Shown here in pieces: positions 1 through 13,355 of a DNA stretch of 64,000 nucleotides. The DNA lies in the NCBI GenBank assembly GCA_032718475.1, contig JAUCBJ010001093.1, positions 31,770-95,769 on the forward strand, in the 5' to 3' direction. This DNA comes from Nemertoderma westbladi (Eukaryota; Animalia; Xenacoelomorpha). The notes beneath the pieces are model-generated. The model was given only the letters and a program-made list of their open reading frames with translations, was not told the origin of the DNA and did not search any database. Within the stretch, counting starts at the first letter, position 1; each line of letters opens with the position of its first letter. The translations under genes and the position numbers were made by a program.

Positions 1-530
1 CAAGATACTAAGTTGTGCATACAAAATACTGAGTTGTGCATACAATATACTAAGTTGTCCATACAAGATACTGAATTGTGCACACACGATACTGAGTTGC
101 GCAAACACGATACTGAGTTGTGCACACAAGTTACTGAGTTGTGCACACACGATACTGAGTTGTGCACACAAGATACTGAGTTGTGCACACACGATACTGA
201 GTTGTGCGCACAAGATACTGAGTTGTTGTGAACACAAGATACTGAGTTGTTGTGCACACAAGATACTGAGTTGTTGTGAACACAAGATACTGAGTTGTTG
301 TGCACACACGATACTGAGTTGTGCGCACAAGATACTGAGTTGTTGTGAACACAAGATACTGAGTTGTTGTGCACACAAGATACTGAGTTGTGCACACACG
401 ATACTGAGTTGTGCGCACAAGATACTGAGTTGTTGTGCACACAAGATACTGAGTTGTTGTGCACACAAGATACTGAGTTGTTGTGCACACAATATACTAA
501 GTTGTGATATAAGATATGAAGTTGTGCGTA
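1..530. repeat. Minisatellite, 21/24-bp unit GATACTGAGTTG(TTG)TGCACACAA
   Basis: Tandem copies are directly visible. The ORFs 13..231 and 131..490 are periodic translations of the repeat. Confidence 0.9.
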
Positions 531-1379
531 CAAGATATTAAGTAAGAATGAATTTCAGGCCCAAAAAATATTCAGATCCTTTAAAAAAATAAAAAATTGA
601 AATTTTCATTACGTTTTGTCGTCATGCAGTGACGTAGCCGTATGTACTATGTTTAATTCCTCATAACTTTTCAGCCGACAAAGATATGAAACAAAGGTTT
701 CGATATTCAGAAAGCCCAGGTATTCTGTATCTCATAGATACTACCTAAAAATCGAGAATTCTGCAACAGGTCCCTTTTCTTGCAAATAGTCACAAATATT
801 ATTTGGAAATAAAATGCGAAAAATATTGAATTTTTGTTATTATTGGTCAATCAATCTTTTAAGATTAATTTACTGAAAACTTATTAACTGTTGTTTCGAT
901 TGGATTGCAGTATTCCAAAATGTAGATTTTTATGGTGAATTCAAAAATAAATACAAAAATAGCCATAAAGGATACCAAAGTATCAAAGTAGCCCCAATTC
1001 GGGGGGGGGGGGGGCGAGTTAGATACGAATTGTGGTGAATATTTCAGAATTACATAATAACCTCGATGATTCCTTAAATGTGAAAGAAAAACTATAGCTA
1101 ATTAGCCATTTGGCAATCCTATGGCAATTCCAAGGTGTTAATGTTAATTCAATGCATTTAAAATTACAAAAGACCTCAAAAAACCATCAGAGTCACCCCG
1201 CTTGATAGTAAGAAAAAAACTGCAAATGTAAAAGCGAACAGTCAAGTCGTACTAAGTTCTGTACAGTGTTATAGACTAGAATGGCCACCATAAATGATTT
1301 TATGAGTTCCGCTTTAATTCTGATTTGAGTGAGTTTCTTCTGAAACAGTCGGCGATAAAGTGGTTGCTCTATCCCTTTA

Positions 1380-2720
1380 CCATTCAGTGTTGTAAATCCT
1401 TCATTTAGACGCCGTAGATCGGGTACGTTCTAGTTATTGCTGAGATGGGAGAAAATTGAAGAAAGGTTAAAAGAGTTACAGGATTTTTGATGAGCACCAC
1501 TACACCCAGGGTTTGTCACTTTTGTGTTTATTGTCAGTAGAGTCCTCATTATTGTCTGTAGATGAGTTTTGGGCAGGTTTTGATATGTTAGTAGAGTAAG
1601 CCGATCAGACTTCTCTGATCTCTGATGAGATGTCTGTTTAAAGCTATTGTCCAATGAAAAGTGTATGTACTACTGCATTGTTTAAGAAGTTTCCCATATA
1701 TAATGGGTCCCTTTGGACTTTTCTATAAAACAAGTCGATCGTAGATATCGACACCTCAGAGAGGCCTGCAAGGTAGGAACTTCATACGGTATTTTCTAAA
1801 GGGCAAAGCAATGTGAAAAAGGAATATTGTTTTACAGTACAGTCCATTTGGTGGAAGGCTGCGGCTTATATATTCATTGTCCATAGCTTCGAATTGCTGT
1901 TAAAGAAGTTGTATCCAAGGAATAGAAGATGATTTGAAGATGTTGTTATGACCAGTCCATGGATGATATTGTTCTGGCTAGGCGGTTGACCCTTCACATT
2001 TCAAACGAGAGTACCATGCCAGTTTATATAACTGATTCCCAAGTTTATTTTCGAAATTGAATCATCGGCGTAGTTGATGAGTCCTGCATAAAAACCTTTA
2101 ATAAAATATACCAACCCCTGATTCTTATAGGGTAGATAGTGAAGCTTTGATATAGAAGTAAACGATTATACGAGATAACATCGATACCTTTTTGAATCCA
2201 AGGTTCGTTTTTTGAAAAGATGTATTTCAAAAAATTCCAAAATTCCAAACTTAAATATACAGAGACTGGTCTGTATGATTTGGCATCCTCCTTTTCCTTT
2301 CCATGTCTCTTATGTACAATCGTAACAATGGAATGAACTGTTAAAGACTGTGTTAATGTGCTTGGAAATCACTTCTGGTAAAAAGTAGATGAGGTTCTAA
2401 ACAATTAGAGAGCTGTTATCAGGCTCTTTTCCTTTCAATAGTGCCGGTATAGCTATCCAGACCTCGACATATCGCTAAGTTCTATGGAACTTCAATTGTA
2501 GATCTCTTCTTAGGTAAATCTTCAATGATGTCTGAAAGGTGAACAGAAGAGAGGTTTGAAATTTCGATGCCAGGTATGACTGCAGCTCGTACTTAATTCA
2601 ATCTGACAAGTTATCTTCCATTGACCTATTTTTCAGACTATAGTGATTCTAGAAGACACTGGATAACCCATTGTTCCATATGATGATAGTGCCTTATCGA
2701 CATTCTTCGACTTCTCTTAT
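1380..2720 (-). pseudogene. Heavily decayed non-LTR retrotransposon (LINE) reverse transcriptase fragment
   Basis: Minus-strand translation near 2255-2325 gives IVHKRHGKEKEDAKSYRPVSV, the pre-RT 'K.GK....SYRPIS' motif. Flanking frames are broken by stops and frameshifts. Boundaries are approximate. Confidence 0.6.
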
Positions 2721-4299
2721 TTTATTTATATTTATATTTATTGATTATTGGTTATATATATATATTATTGATTATATTTATTTACATTGTCATGATTATT
2801 GTTTGTTCCTTAATCTCAAGTTTCTGGTTTCATGTTTTCTTTTATTTAGAGGAAGACTTTGGCTGTGATGTGGGTTTAGCTCTTTCAAATTCGGGTGAAG
2901 TGAGAAGTATATTACTCCATCACGAATATCTGCTTTAGCATAAAGTATAATGTAGGGAGTTGATGAGATGTAAGCATTGTATCTAGGCATCCCTGAAAGT
3001 CAAGGAATTTTTCAGGATTTTGATGGTCAGCAGCCGGTTGCACCAAGCTCCACTAACTACTTAGTGCCACTAACCGCTTAGGGTGGTGTTAGTGGTACAA
3101 ACTTAAGTGCGACTTTCTTAGTACCGTTGCACCAAGTTCACTAATGCTAACACTTAAGTTAGTGCCAGTTTACCCATCCTAATCACCTCGCTAAGCATTC
3201 CCACTAACAAACCGCACTAAGCGGAATTATAGTAGGCCTACTAAATTAATGGTCCCGTGTTCGTTTTAAATACAGTATATAGTATGAATATGAATAATCC
3301 GCCGACGGCAAAATTTAAGCAAGAGGATGACACCCAAAAGAAGATGGATTGAAGAAGGATATGCAAGTAAAGACTGCTTGTTCAATATAAGTGGATTAGA
3401 TGGGAGAGTAAGGGTTACGGGCAAGTGGCTGAACTGGTTTAGCACTCCTGATAGACTGAAACGGTACCGTACAAATCTACAACAATGGTTGAAAAACTGA
3501 CGTTGTGACGTTGATCCACATGTTTTCTACTTATGAAGAAAACCCCATTGTCCCTTTAACGCAGCTCTAACAACTAAATACTATTTATTCGGATATTTAT
3601 AGCAAGTAGGTATTAATTAAATATATATGTTTAGGGTGGTAGTTAGGGAGGTATGGTATGGAGGTCCATAAGCATCCAGCACTAACTAGTTAGTGACACT
3701 TACTGGTATATACTGCCCCCATTGATTAAGAGTAAATAAGCATTTTTGTATTATTAAGAACAGTAATTGCCATGATAATGATGTATCCAGAGTCTATATT
3801 TTCCATTACATTTAGTTTATTGGTGTTAACAAAGATTGCATGAGAAGACCAACAGTGTAGATTGTCCATTGTCTTACCTATTGTGTGAAAACATTTGTGA
3901 CAGTTGCTTAGTTTGTCTAAAAATCACATCGGCCTTCTTGTGATCCTACCAGTTTTCCTGAAGGGCTAAGAATCAAGAATACCAAAAATACTCAAACAAT
4001 AATCTATATGTTTTGGAATGGATATATGGACTTCCAACTGTCAGAACTCGTCTTCCGAACGTCCAACTTCCGCCTGCATGTTCAGCACGGTCTTGATAAA
4101 CCGCTAGAATCTGATAAGGGTGGTAAGAAGTGAAATAACTATGCATTTTCGTATTCACTACCAGTTATGTTTTCATAATTAAATTTTTATTTTTATTGGG
4201 GAGACCCGTTCACAGAGAACGCCAGGTTGGTATCCATCACTGGATCGAAACTCAAGAAGTTATTAACTCACACTACCTTGTTATACCTGTTATATCGGT

Positions 4300-4680
4300 A
4301 TAGGAAACTGTTTGACCAATAATGTGGTGTAACTGATCAATTGTAATTACTGTCAGAACGAGTATGTGGGTGAAACTGGGAGGGAGACCTATTAGAGAAA
4401 GAATCAGGTCGCACCGCACCGCAGTGTAGGAATATCTAATCTAGACACAACGAGACTGCGATGGCCGCTCACTTTAAGGAGCACCACCCGGACCAGACCA
4501 AAAGCCCGACAACTTTCACATCGAAGGTTTTGAGAAGATGTAAGGATTAGGCCAATTGAAAGATAACTGAGGTGGTTTTTATAAGAGAACGAAGTCCCCG
4601 GATTAACATACAACATCCAGAGTTCGATAGAGGCTGGTAGAGGAACTTTCATGTACAGTAGATTTGTAAGGAGTGTGGTC
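4300..4680 (+). pseudogene. Penelope-like element remnant (GIY-YIG endonuclease)
   Basis: Plus-strand translation NVV*LINCNYCQNEYVGETG-RPIRERIRSH...AMAAHFKEHH...FTSKVL...EVVFIRERSPRIN matches the Penelope GIY-YIG pattern (VVY..C..C...YVGET.R...R..EH), with stops and frameshifts. Confidence 0.7.
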
Positions 4681-4859
4681 TTTTAACTCGCCCTGATTGT
4701 TTGTTTTCAATTTATTTAAATTGCTGCGCTGTTTTGGCATATATTTTTATTAGGTTTTTTTAAACAATTATTTTGTATTTTTGTGCTAATATTTGATCTT
4801 ATGCTTCCTTCTGCCCCCCCCCCCCCCCCCCCCACCTTATACTATTAGTCCTACTACTA

Positions 4860-5470
4860 TGATCGGCATGCTGCATTTTTAAGAGTGCTGTGTCTGCTTG
4901 TCGACAAAATTGCACCGCCACAACTCCCTATCACCCATGACATTTGCTAAATCAACCACATATTCAATTTAAGATGCGTCTCAAGAAAGTCATGGGCTGT
5001 GCACCATGCTTACTCACTCCATGAGGCTGCCAAAGCACAAGACTATGTATGCACTGGCTGTTCCCCACGGTGAAAGCAATGTCCTGCAAAGCGGAAGCGA
5101 CTTTGTTCTAGTGTTAAGCTTGGGGGAACCAATGAGACACCTCCAATGTTATATAGTGTCTCGTTGGAGATGTGTGCATTGTACTTGACACAATGAACCC
5201 GGCGTATCATTCTTGTGAATGTGCCATCCAGAGATTTGGTGTCCTCGGCAGTTAGAGCCCAGCATGTACTCCCATAGAGGAGTACTGGAACTACTGCTGC
5301 TCTAAATAATCGGACCTTAAGTTTCCGATTAATTCTCGGTGACTTCCAAATCCTGAAAAGCCTATTCAAGGCTGCCCATGCCTTTCCCTTACGTATTCAA
5401 AGGTCGTCACCTGACTTCCGGATTCATGATCCCAGGTAACAGAAGTCGTCCACATGCTCACAGCATACAA
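4860..5470 (-). pseudogene. RTE-clade LINE 3' fragment (post-RT domain)
   Basis: EHVDDFCYLGS...KAWAALNRLFRIWKS...LKVRLFRAAVVPVLLYGSTCWAL...LDGTFTRMIRR...RFRFAGHC is the typical RTE ORF C-terminus. Confidence 0.8.
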
Positions 5471-7091
5471 TCCTTTGAGCTTATGCTCATCCGGTCAGAC
5501 TTGCTGAGGACTTTCAAAGTTAACTGCCAATGTTATTTCTGTTATTGTTGTTACCATAACTGGTCTTCAGGAATTTCCGGGATCATAGTGATACTAACGG
5601 TAACCACGGCCAACCAGTTAATTAAAGATTATCTGCACCTTTTTGGTTGTATCTTCTGGTTACTCCCTTCGCTAGAAATAAATGCGTTTCTGTCAACCAA
5701 TTGTGGAGAAATGAATCGAAACTCTGATAACAACACAAAAACCATGATGGTAGGTCTGCCTTCTAGTGTGATACGGTAGTACGGTCTGATTGTCTGTGAC
5801 TAATAATATTATGTTAATGTAGTGTGCATAAGATACTAGGTTGAGTGCACAACTTACATGTAAATGTCCCTTTAGGACAGGACCTTTTACACATTCAACG
5901 AACTGTTATTAAAATACTATTAGTATCCCCTCTTCAAATTTTAATACAATTATAATATAATATAATGTCAATTAATATAATATAATAAGAAAAAATTTAA
6001 AAACTCCATAAATGTGTAAGAAGGTTGATTTCATATGTTTACAATCTAATTCTGTTTGAAATTCCTCAGCTAATTAAGGGCCTCAGGCCCTGCCTAGCAT
6101 TTACAACACTTGGAGGCTATTAGTGTTACTAATGAGTAAAATTCCAATTGCTGTGAGATCTTTATTTCGATAAGAGAATCTGTTCTAATCGAAGTTAACT
6201 AGCTACTATGGTAAGCCCTGTACACTGTACCACGCTTCCTAGGCTATACTGCCCTGTACACTGTACCACGCTTCATACCCTATTAGCCACTCGCTGTGAT
6301 ATCTGATATACCCCAGTAAGATACCGAAAAATATGTTCCATCAGATCTTCTCAACTGAAATTGGTACATTTAAACAAATCAGCATGATGGCAGTGTATTA
6401 ATACCCCAGAGATGACCTGGTAATTTACGCCATTAAACAACAAAAATATTCAACAAATCTTAATGAGATTACATGAAATTTGATATAGAGATAGTTTCAC
6501 TCAACTCCTCCTAACTGGGTGAGTCATAATTTTTATTTTTGCTTTCATTCTATAACTACAAGCGTTTAAAAAAATGTATCTCCGTTAATATTACACCAGT
6601 TACACTGCAGTTATTCTTATACCTTATAGTGATTTTTTGCTATTGTTAGAAAGATGGCAATGCAAATTGCAAAGATTCCAAATAATTAACACAATCTTAA
6701 TTTCGTTGAAAAATAGCTGAGATATGAGCGTTCGAAATGTACATGTTAAGTTATTTTATTAAAAAATAGCTGAGATATGAGCGTTCAAATGTACATGGTT
6801 AAGTTATTTTATTACAGTACTGTGAACTATCATTACATTTGGTCTCGTATTAATACCGTATATCTATTCACCCATTTATTTATTTTGAAACTTTTCATTT
6901 ATATGTAAGTATGAAACGATCGCCTTTATTCAATATAGATGATCATGGAACATTGTCGACTATCAAAAAAAATATATATTACAATTTAATTAATGAGATG
7001 TAACTTCTTCGAATACACACGGTTAAATTGGTACACATGGTCGAAACGCTTTTATGGTTAAATAGTGAATACCACCGGTGTTCACCAGTAG

Positions 7092-7200
7092 TGGTGGTGG
7101 CGGCCAGTGGTGGTGGCGGCCAGTGGTGGTGGCGGCCAGTGGTGGTGGCGGCCAGTGGTGGTGGCGGCCAGTGGTGGTGGCGGCCAGTGGTGGTGGCGGC
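7092..7200. repeat. GC-rich minisatellite, 16-bp unit GTGGTGGTGGCGGCCA, about 7 copies
   Basis: Tandem copies are directly visible. Confidence 0.9.
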
Positions 7201-7605
7201 CACCTCCAGGCATTGACAATAGTTCAGTCTCCAGTCAATAGTGACAGAGGAATTGTTATTAATGTGAAGATTGTATTGATGTGATCGTACTGCATCAGTC
7301 AATAAATCTATCTGAGTCAGCATAGCCTCGAACTAGCTTCACAATAACTTGCAGTGTTTCACAATATTCCTATTTCACAACACAATTATATTTTACTACA
7401 ACGAACTTATAAAAATAAAAATAAACTAGTTATGTTGTGGTGTACTGTAATCCATTTTGATAATTAAATGCAACGCCACCTATTTACATAGTTAACTTAA
7501 CTGTTATTCTGTAAACATTGTTTGTTGTTAGTTTGTAATAGTGAAATATTACTAACTTAAATTACATTACTTAATTATGAAATAAATCAGTTTTCAAGTT
7601 GTTAC

Positions 7606-7799
7606 CTGGAGCCACAATAGAGAACAGAAAATACCCATATGGTAGCAATGGCGATCTTAGCCCTGGTTACAGTACAGAATCGTTGAGCTTTCATTGTGTG
7701 ACATATAGCAATGTACCTCTCCACGGTAAAGCATGTGATTGTCAAAGCACTCGCACTAGCTCCCATGTAGGTAATACAGGTGATGGTGTAACATCCAAC
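7606..7799 (-). CDS. TRHR: TRH-receptor-like class A GPCR, exon encoding TM3-TM4
   Basis: [62 protein letters not shown] resembles TRHR ([20 protein letters not shown]..RAK). Acceptor ttgcag, donor AG|gtaac. Joins the 10214-10340 exon in phase 0 (WLYGV|VGC). Confidence 0.85.
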
Positions 7800-10213
7800 C
7801 TGCAATGAAATTAAGTTATTATACTAAAATAAAATTATATATTAATAAATATTTTTCTCATTTTATTTCCCTCCAGAACTGGAGAAGTTGGAAGAATATT
7901 ATTGATCCACTAACTGGACTTGACACGAAATAGGGCCTTCGCGCAGCACGTGACATAAACTTATGTTAAGTGTCAACTCGAAAGAATTGTAAGCAAAATC
8001 TAAGCAAATGTCAACTGATCACTTTTACCACCTAGATTCAGACTCGGTGACTCCAGTCATTTAAGACCTCACTCAAAAAACTCAGAATATATATGCCAGG
8101 TTTCAATTAGAGAGGATTATAAACAAAAATGCGAAATGGCTGAAATTTTACATTTTAGACATTCAGACAGATTTCAGAAGACATTTCTAAAATGTTTTAA
8201 TTTCAGCCCACTGGCGGTAGACTGGAGAACTGCCGAGAAATAACAGTCCCAACAAAGACGCAGCTTATGTATGGTCTACGGTCTAGCACATATATTTACC
8301 AAGTTTCAGCTTAAACGGATAACGAATAACTAAATAGGAGAGAAGGTTTTCACTTTTGGATATTTCGCCTTCTAGCGGCAAACTTTAGAAGTGTAGATGG
8401 AGTACCGTCCACATAGACGCAGCCAGTTTTCTAGTACATACATCCCATGTTTCAACTTAAAAAGATTAAAATCAAGGAAAAAGTGGAAGGTTTTCACGAA
8501 AATGACTGAAATTGTCTAACACATCTTAACTTTAGGTCTTATTGATTATTATACATATTTTTAACTTAACATACTAAATTTGTAACGCAGACGACGACAA
8601 CGACGACAATTATTTGTAAAAAGAAACCCACGCCCAAACATTGCCATTCGCTAAGGCTCCACCAACTTCGTGACTCGCCCCACATTCCTATTACTATTCG
8701 TAATCTGTCAGAAGTAATTGATATTGATAAATTAAAGGTCATTGAACCTAATGGACCATACCATATCCCACAGGTAATATAAAGGCCCTGTTAATCAACA
8801 GGCTACCTGGTGGGGTGGGGGGTGCTTGACTTAAATCGGCAATGTTAATTATCAATTAAGGTTAAAGGATCAGGTTACAGAGACATATCATTATCGTCAT
8901 TTATTATTATTATTCAACTTTTATTCCAAAAATGAACTGCCATATATAAAACAATAACATGGGACAAATAATACAACCCTTTTACAAGTAATGTACGTGC
9001 ATAACACCGGTATATTTAACCGCATATATTCAGCCACATGGACAGACACACCCACGTCCCCCCCATACCGCCGCCGAACCAGACATACAGTATCTATGGA
9101 CCTTCCTAACAACAAGCGAGTTGACATTACACCACACAATAGATAAGGGAATTACCCTCCTCACACTAGGCTCTCTATTACTCAGACCAACACACATATT
9201 AAACCTAAATTTCCCTCCTAAACACAACTTCCTAACGTAACTTCCTATTCTCTAGCATATAACTATTATATTAAAATGCAACATAAACAACTTTCCCAAT
9301 TCGAAGAATATATTCTAACCAAAACAATAAACGAAAAACAATAGAACAGGTTGCAGTTTCAGTATTTTTTCTTGTAATCATCCAGCAGTTGTTATCAGGG
9401 TTCCATTTTGATCGCAAATGACTTATTAAAGATACGACCCTCCAAGCTGCTGCAAAACCCCTAAATTTAGTGGGCCAGTTAATTCTCTTAGATAGAATCC
9501 CTGAAACAATGTGTCTAACGCGTCGAAAGTACTTGGGCCTGATAGTAAGTCTTGGATCGCATCAAGAGGCACCCTACCCTATGTGGGCTCCTGTGGCAAT
9601 TAACTCTAATCTACACATTTATCATTCATCATGAATTATGATGAATTAGACTATTAGACTCAGGCTGTACTTATTTGATTTAACATATATAATGTACGAT
9701 AATAATAATAATAATGCAGCATGCCTATAGTCGTAGTAGTATTCGTTACACAGGGCCTCGGAGCATGTCAGACAGCTTCATCACATTCACAAACACCAAA
9801 CTAATAATTATGTATTCAATTGAGAAAATAAAACTCATTCGAAAAAACACACACCCCCTTTTCACCGGACCTATAGGCATGACTATCTGCACCTCGCATC
9901 TGAATGTTCAAGATATGGTTGAATGTAGGTAATGTGTAAAGGAAAGAGGTATAAAAGGTCACTGTTATTGTAAATTTGTGCCCAACGACGTTACAGAATC
10001 AAATGCGAAACCTTCCAATTGAATCGCTTGCGGCTCGACAAATCCAAACTCCATTTATGGAGATTCAAATAATTCTAAGCTTAGAATTCTAAATAATTCT
10101 TTGCGGAAACTATAATAATTACTGGTAGATTTTTATATTGTGATGAAACTGAAACAGTAGTAATATAATTACTGGTCTAACCCTATCATTGTCATAGATA
10201 GATGTAAACTTAC

Positions 10214-10340
10214 CACACCATATAACCATTGGTCTATTGGAACAAATGTACTTGGTAGATTTACGAGGTTGGAGGAGAACAGAAACAATATATCAGCAAT
10301 CGCCAGGCTCACCAGGTAACAATTGGTTGTTGTTTGCATT
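10214..10340 (-). CDS. TRHR: TRH-receptor-like GPCR, exon encoding ICL1-TM2-ECL1
   Basis: MQTTTNCYLVSLAIADILFLFSSNLVNLPSTFVPIDQWLYGV (TRHR: MRTPTNCYLVSLAVAD...WVYG). Acceptor gcttag, donor GTG|gtaagt. Confidence 0.88.
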
Positions 10341-10707
10341 CTAAGCAATAAAATGTTAAACATTCAACATCTTAATATTAAATCAATAATTTATTTATAA
10401 ATTGACAAAAAATATGACAAACGTACAGCTTTATTAATTGTTATCTTGAATTCAAATATTAAATTCTATATTATAAATTTCTAATATATTATTGCAATTA
10501 TTTGTATTAACGATAATAAGAAAACTGAAGTAAAGTAAATAAATACCTGACTCTTCTTCCTCAATTAGTTCAACACAATCGAACAGAGATAGCCTTAAGT
10601 TTCATTTCAAATCGCTACCAGCAGACCTACCAGCCTCCAGTATGCTAGCATAGCAGCATCGCCACAACCGTAATTAATTCAACCTATTATTATAGAAAAC
10701 CACCCAC

Positions 10708-10827
10708 CTTCGACTTTTACAAACAACTATTATCACAAGTAAGTTGCCAATGATACCAATGATAACAATGATCACATAAATGATGGTGAGTACAATGGCT
10801 CCAGATGTTGTATCATATTCAGGGTGC
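10708..10827 (-). CDS. TRHR: TRH-receptor-like GPCR, exon encoding TM1 (missed by the ORF track)
   Basis: HPEYDTTSGAIVLTIIYVIIVIIGIIGNLLVIIVVCKSR contains the TM1 GN motif. Acceptor ttctag, donor AG|gtgggt. Phase-2 join gives ..SRR-MQTTTN. Confidence 0.85.
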
Positions 10828-11012
10828 CTAGAACAATTACAATACAATTTATGTGTTGTTATACAGACAATACGTTGTCTCTACGGAATTGGGATCGACC
10901 GAATTATTCGGTTCGACTGTATATCAGCTGTCAGACTGTATAGTATCTTAACCTTGCAGTAGCCTACCAGGCCTAAAGAAAGAAAAAGTAACGAACGACT
11001 GAACTATCAACA

Positions 11013-12332
11013 ATGGGTTCGGCTTCACAGCCAATGCCAACCAGCATGGAGGAAGACCAGGTTGATAGATGCGATATAACGTTTGTAGATAGCACGCTCT
11101 CTCTCCTAATGCAGGGATTATCGTCGAATCTGTCAGGTATGGTACAGGAATCTTGCCTCGCAAGATTTAGTCCTGCAGAAATTGCGTTCGCTAAAGATAA
11201 ACTGTTTACAGCATGTGGCTTTGACCCTATTGAAAGAAAGGACTCAGCTACTCGTACAGCAGTGAAGGCGAATGTTGCTGATATTTATGACAAACTGCAT
11301 TCTATGGACAAAACCGGAAGCCTTCCATTTATTGTGGTTGGCGTACTGGAGGCGCTCTCGCTCCCAAATCTATCCAAATCTCCTAGTTCTCTTGGGTACT
11401 CGGAAGCTCGTGTTAAGTTAGGTCTAATGGAGGACAAGTTCGACAAGTCCATTCGCGCAATGAGTGACAAATTAATTAAACGACATATTTCCCTCGAGTC
11501 TACAGTCCAAAGTTTGATGCTTTCAGAAAAATCCGAGAATAATCTCACTGCACCCCCTGAGGTAGGGTGGAGTGTCAATGGTGCCTTAGCAGGTGTCCAA
11601 TCATACCAATCCTGTCCCAGTTTCCCGTATCATGAAGCCCTAACAGCTGCTGTTCATAATCGTTCCGACAGTCCAGGTACTCGCTGTTCACCCGGCAGTC
11701 AGGGTGCTCGACCGAAGGTTAGTGCTCAGAGATCTTATTCGCCTGCTCCGGATTTGCGTAAACCAACTGCACCTTCAGCTGCCCTTCGTTCAAACCCATA
11801 TAATCCGCTTTCTGATTCAACACGGGGCAGCGCCAATCACCCTAGAGCCGCATCCATAGGAGATGATGGGAAGGCAACTAACGTTCAACCAGACGTCCAG
11901 GAAATCCCTGTGGACGAGGGCGGTCCATTTTATTTTCAGCATAAACAGAGGCATAAACATGTGATTGGCACTGGTGGTAAGGGCGGAGCCGGATCGGTAG
12001 GAGTTTCCACTCATAAAACTCGAACAGCTCCTGCTAACACATTTGTCTTCCGCATTCACAAGTCTGTAACTCCTGCAGATTTAGTTTCTGATCTCGGAGA
12101 GTGTGGAATCACGATCCTAGAATCGGACATAGAAAAGAAATCTCACAGCGAGACGAGATCTAATAGTTTTATGATTTCAATTCCTCGTGATAACTACGAG
12201 AAAGCTCTTTCTCCAGATACTTGGGAAGATGGCATTTGTGTTCGCCCTTGGCACTACTATAGTCGTAACTCGAAAGGAGTTCAAGATTCGCATGATCGCA
12301 ATAATAGGAGAGGTGCTAGTATTGTAGGTTGA
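11013..12332 (+). CDS. LINE ORF1 protein (CR1-type), 439 aa, intact
   Basis: N-terminal F...EI..AK..LF...DI...L motif and a C-terminal RRM-like region (FVFRI...SFMISI...LSPDTWEDGICVRPW), directly upstream of the APE domain. Confidence 0.8.
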   Translation: MGSASQPMPTSMEEDQVDRCDITFVDSTLSLLMQGLSSNLSGMVQESCLARFSPAEIAFAKDKLFTACGFDPIERKDSATRTAVKANVADIYDKLHSMDKTGSLPFIVVGVLEALSLPNLSKSPSSLGYSEARVKLGLMEDKFDKSIRAMSDKLIKRHISLESTVQSLMLSEKSENNLTAPPEVGWSVNGALAGVQSYQSCPSFPYHEALTAAVHNRSDSPGTRCSPGSQGARPKVSAQRSYSPAPDLRKPTAPSAALRSNPYNPLSDSTRGSANHPRAASIGDDGKATNVQPDVQEIPVDEGGPFYFQHKQRHKHVIGTGGKGGAGSVGVSTHKTRTAPANTFVFRIHKSVTPADLVSDLGECGITILESDIEKKSHSETRSNSFMISIPRDNYEKALSPDTWEDGICVRPWHYYSRNSKGVQDSHDRNNRRGASIVG

Positions 12333-12386
12333 TATACTTTTATTCAGGTTATTTATTTTTATTAATTTCTTTTTTTTTTAATTACA

Positions 12387-12815
12387 ATGGCTAACCTCAA
12401 ATCCAACTGTTGTAAATAATAATTTTTGTGTTTCATCATACAATAGTACTGGTCTATCACCTGATAAACTTGTTTTTATAAATGCGCTATTAGCAGGCAG
12501 TGATATTGTTTGTTTACAAGAACACTTTGTGCTAAGTGACAATAGTCACAGAATAAAGTCGGCCTTTGCTGACTATCAATGTATTATACAACCTGCTACA
12601 TATCCAGTTAACGAAATCAGATCAGGCAGGCCTTTAGGTGGTTTATGGTTTACTTTTAGGAAGGCTTTATCGAAATATGTTTCTAGAATAAATGTGACTA
12701 ATCTGCGACTGCAAGCATTGCAATTACGTTTGCCTAATGTAAAACCGTAAGTCATAATCAACTTATATTTTCCAGTTGATTCACATGATAATAATATATC
12801 TGATGATCTTCTTAC
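12387..12815 (+). pseudogene. LINE ORF2, N-terminal APE endonuclease part (disrupted)
   Basis: YNSTGL, CLQEH, GRPLGGL and INLYFP motifs with stops and frameshifts. Cut by the LTR insertion. Confidence 0.8.
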
Positions 12816-13355
12816 TGTTAGCTTATTCAATCCCGCTAACACCCCATAAAGTTATAAGCCGATAAGCAATATTGGGAGCCACGAGATTGGGTAATTAACC
12901 AACTCGTGCCATCCCAATAAGAATGGGAAGGAGAAGCACACAATGAGGGTCAGGGGCCAAACCCCTAACCCAGAGAGAATAGGTGGAGTGAACGGGAACA
13001 CTCCAAAGGGCGCCAACAAGGGTATCAACCAATCAGAGGGGGGAAAGGCATCGATTAGGTAGAGTAACAAGGCCAACCGTGCAATATAGCCACTTGGCAG
13101 TAATAATACCAATTCAGTTATCTCAGTGCAATACCGGTGCTAGATTAGGTTACATAGTTTTAGATAGGGAAGGACCGGGACTTTAGTTACCGTATCCCGT
13201 CTTCCATGTACGACAATATTATATCTATATCTATATCTATATCTGCATATCATATTATATACAACAAACAGCACAAACTCATTTACTCTTTATGCACGGC
13301 GGGGACGCGTGAACTAAAACCGGATAAACCGGGATCCCTCTTGGATCCCGTCACA
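12816..13355 (+). repeat. 5' LTR (540 bp)
   Basis: TGTTAG...GTCACA. Matches 24077-24616 except for two substitutions seen (13176/24437 and 13252/24513). Confidence 0.95.

Noticed and set aside
2400-3000. Possible endogenous viral fragment on the minus strand
   Set aside because: The adjacent SYRPVS motif points to a decayed LINE ORF2; no viral motif was recognised.
3030-3500. Harbinger-like terminus (GCCGGTTGCACCAA) with a possible Myb-like remnant
   Set aside because: No second terminus, TSD or clear protein motif.
3878-3916. Small minus-strand exon-like segment (ag...gtaag) as a downstream receptor exon
   Set aside because: The peptide QTKQLSQMFSHN has no GPCR similarity and I found no TM5-7 exons to link it to.
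9498-9540. Hammerhead-ribozyme-like motif (CTGAAAC...CGAAAGTAC)
   Set aside because: The core does not match CUGANGA and the stems are weak; at most a decayed Penelope-type remnant.
12852-13112. Hydrophobic 86-aa minus-strand ORF, duplicated at 24113-24373
   Set aside because: It lies within the LTRs, so the duplication just reflects LTR identity; no recognisable domain.
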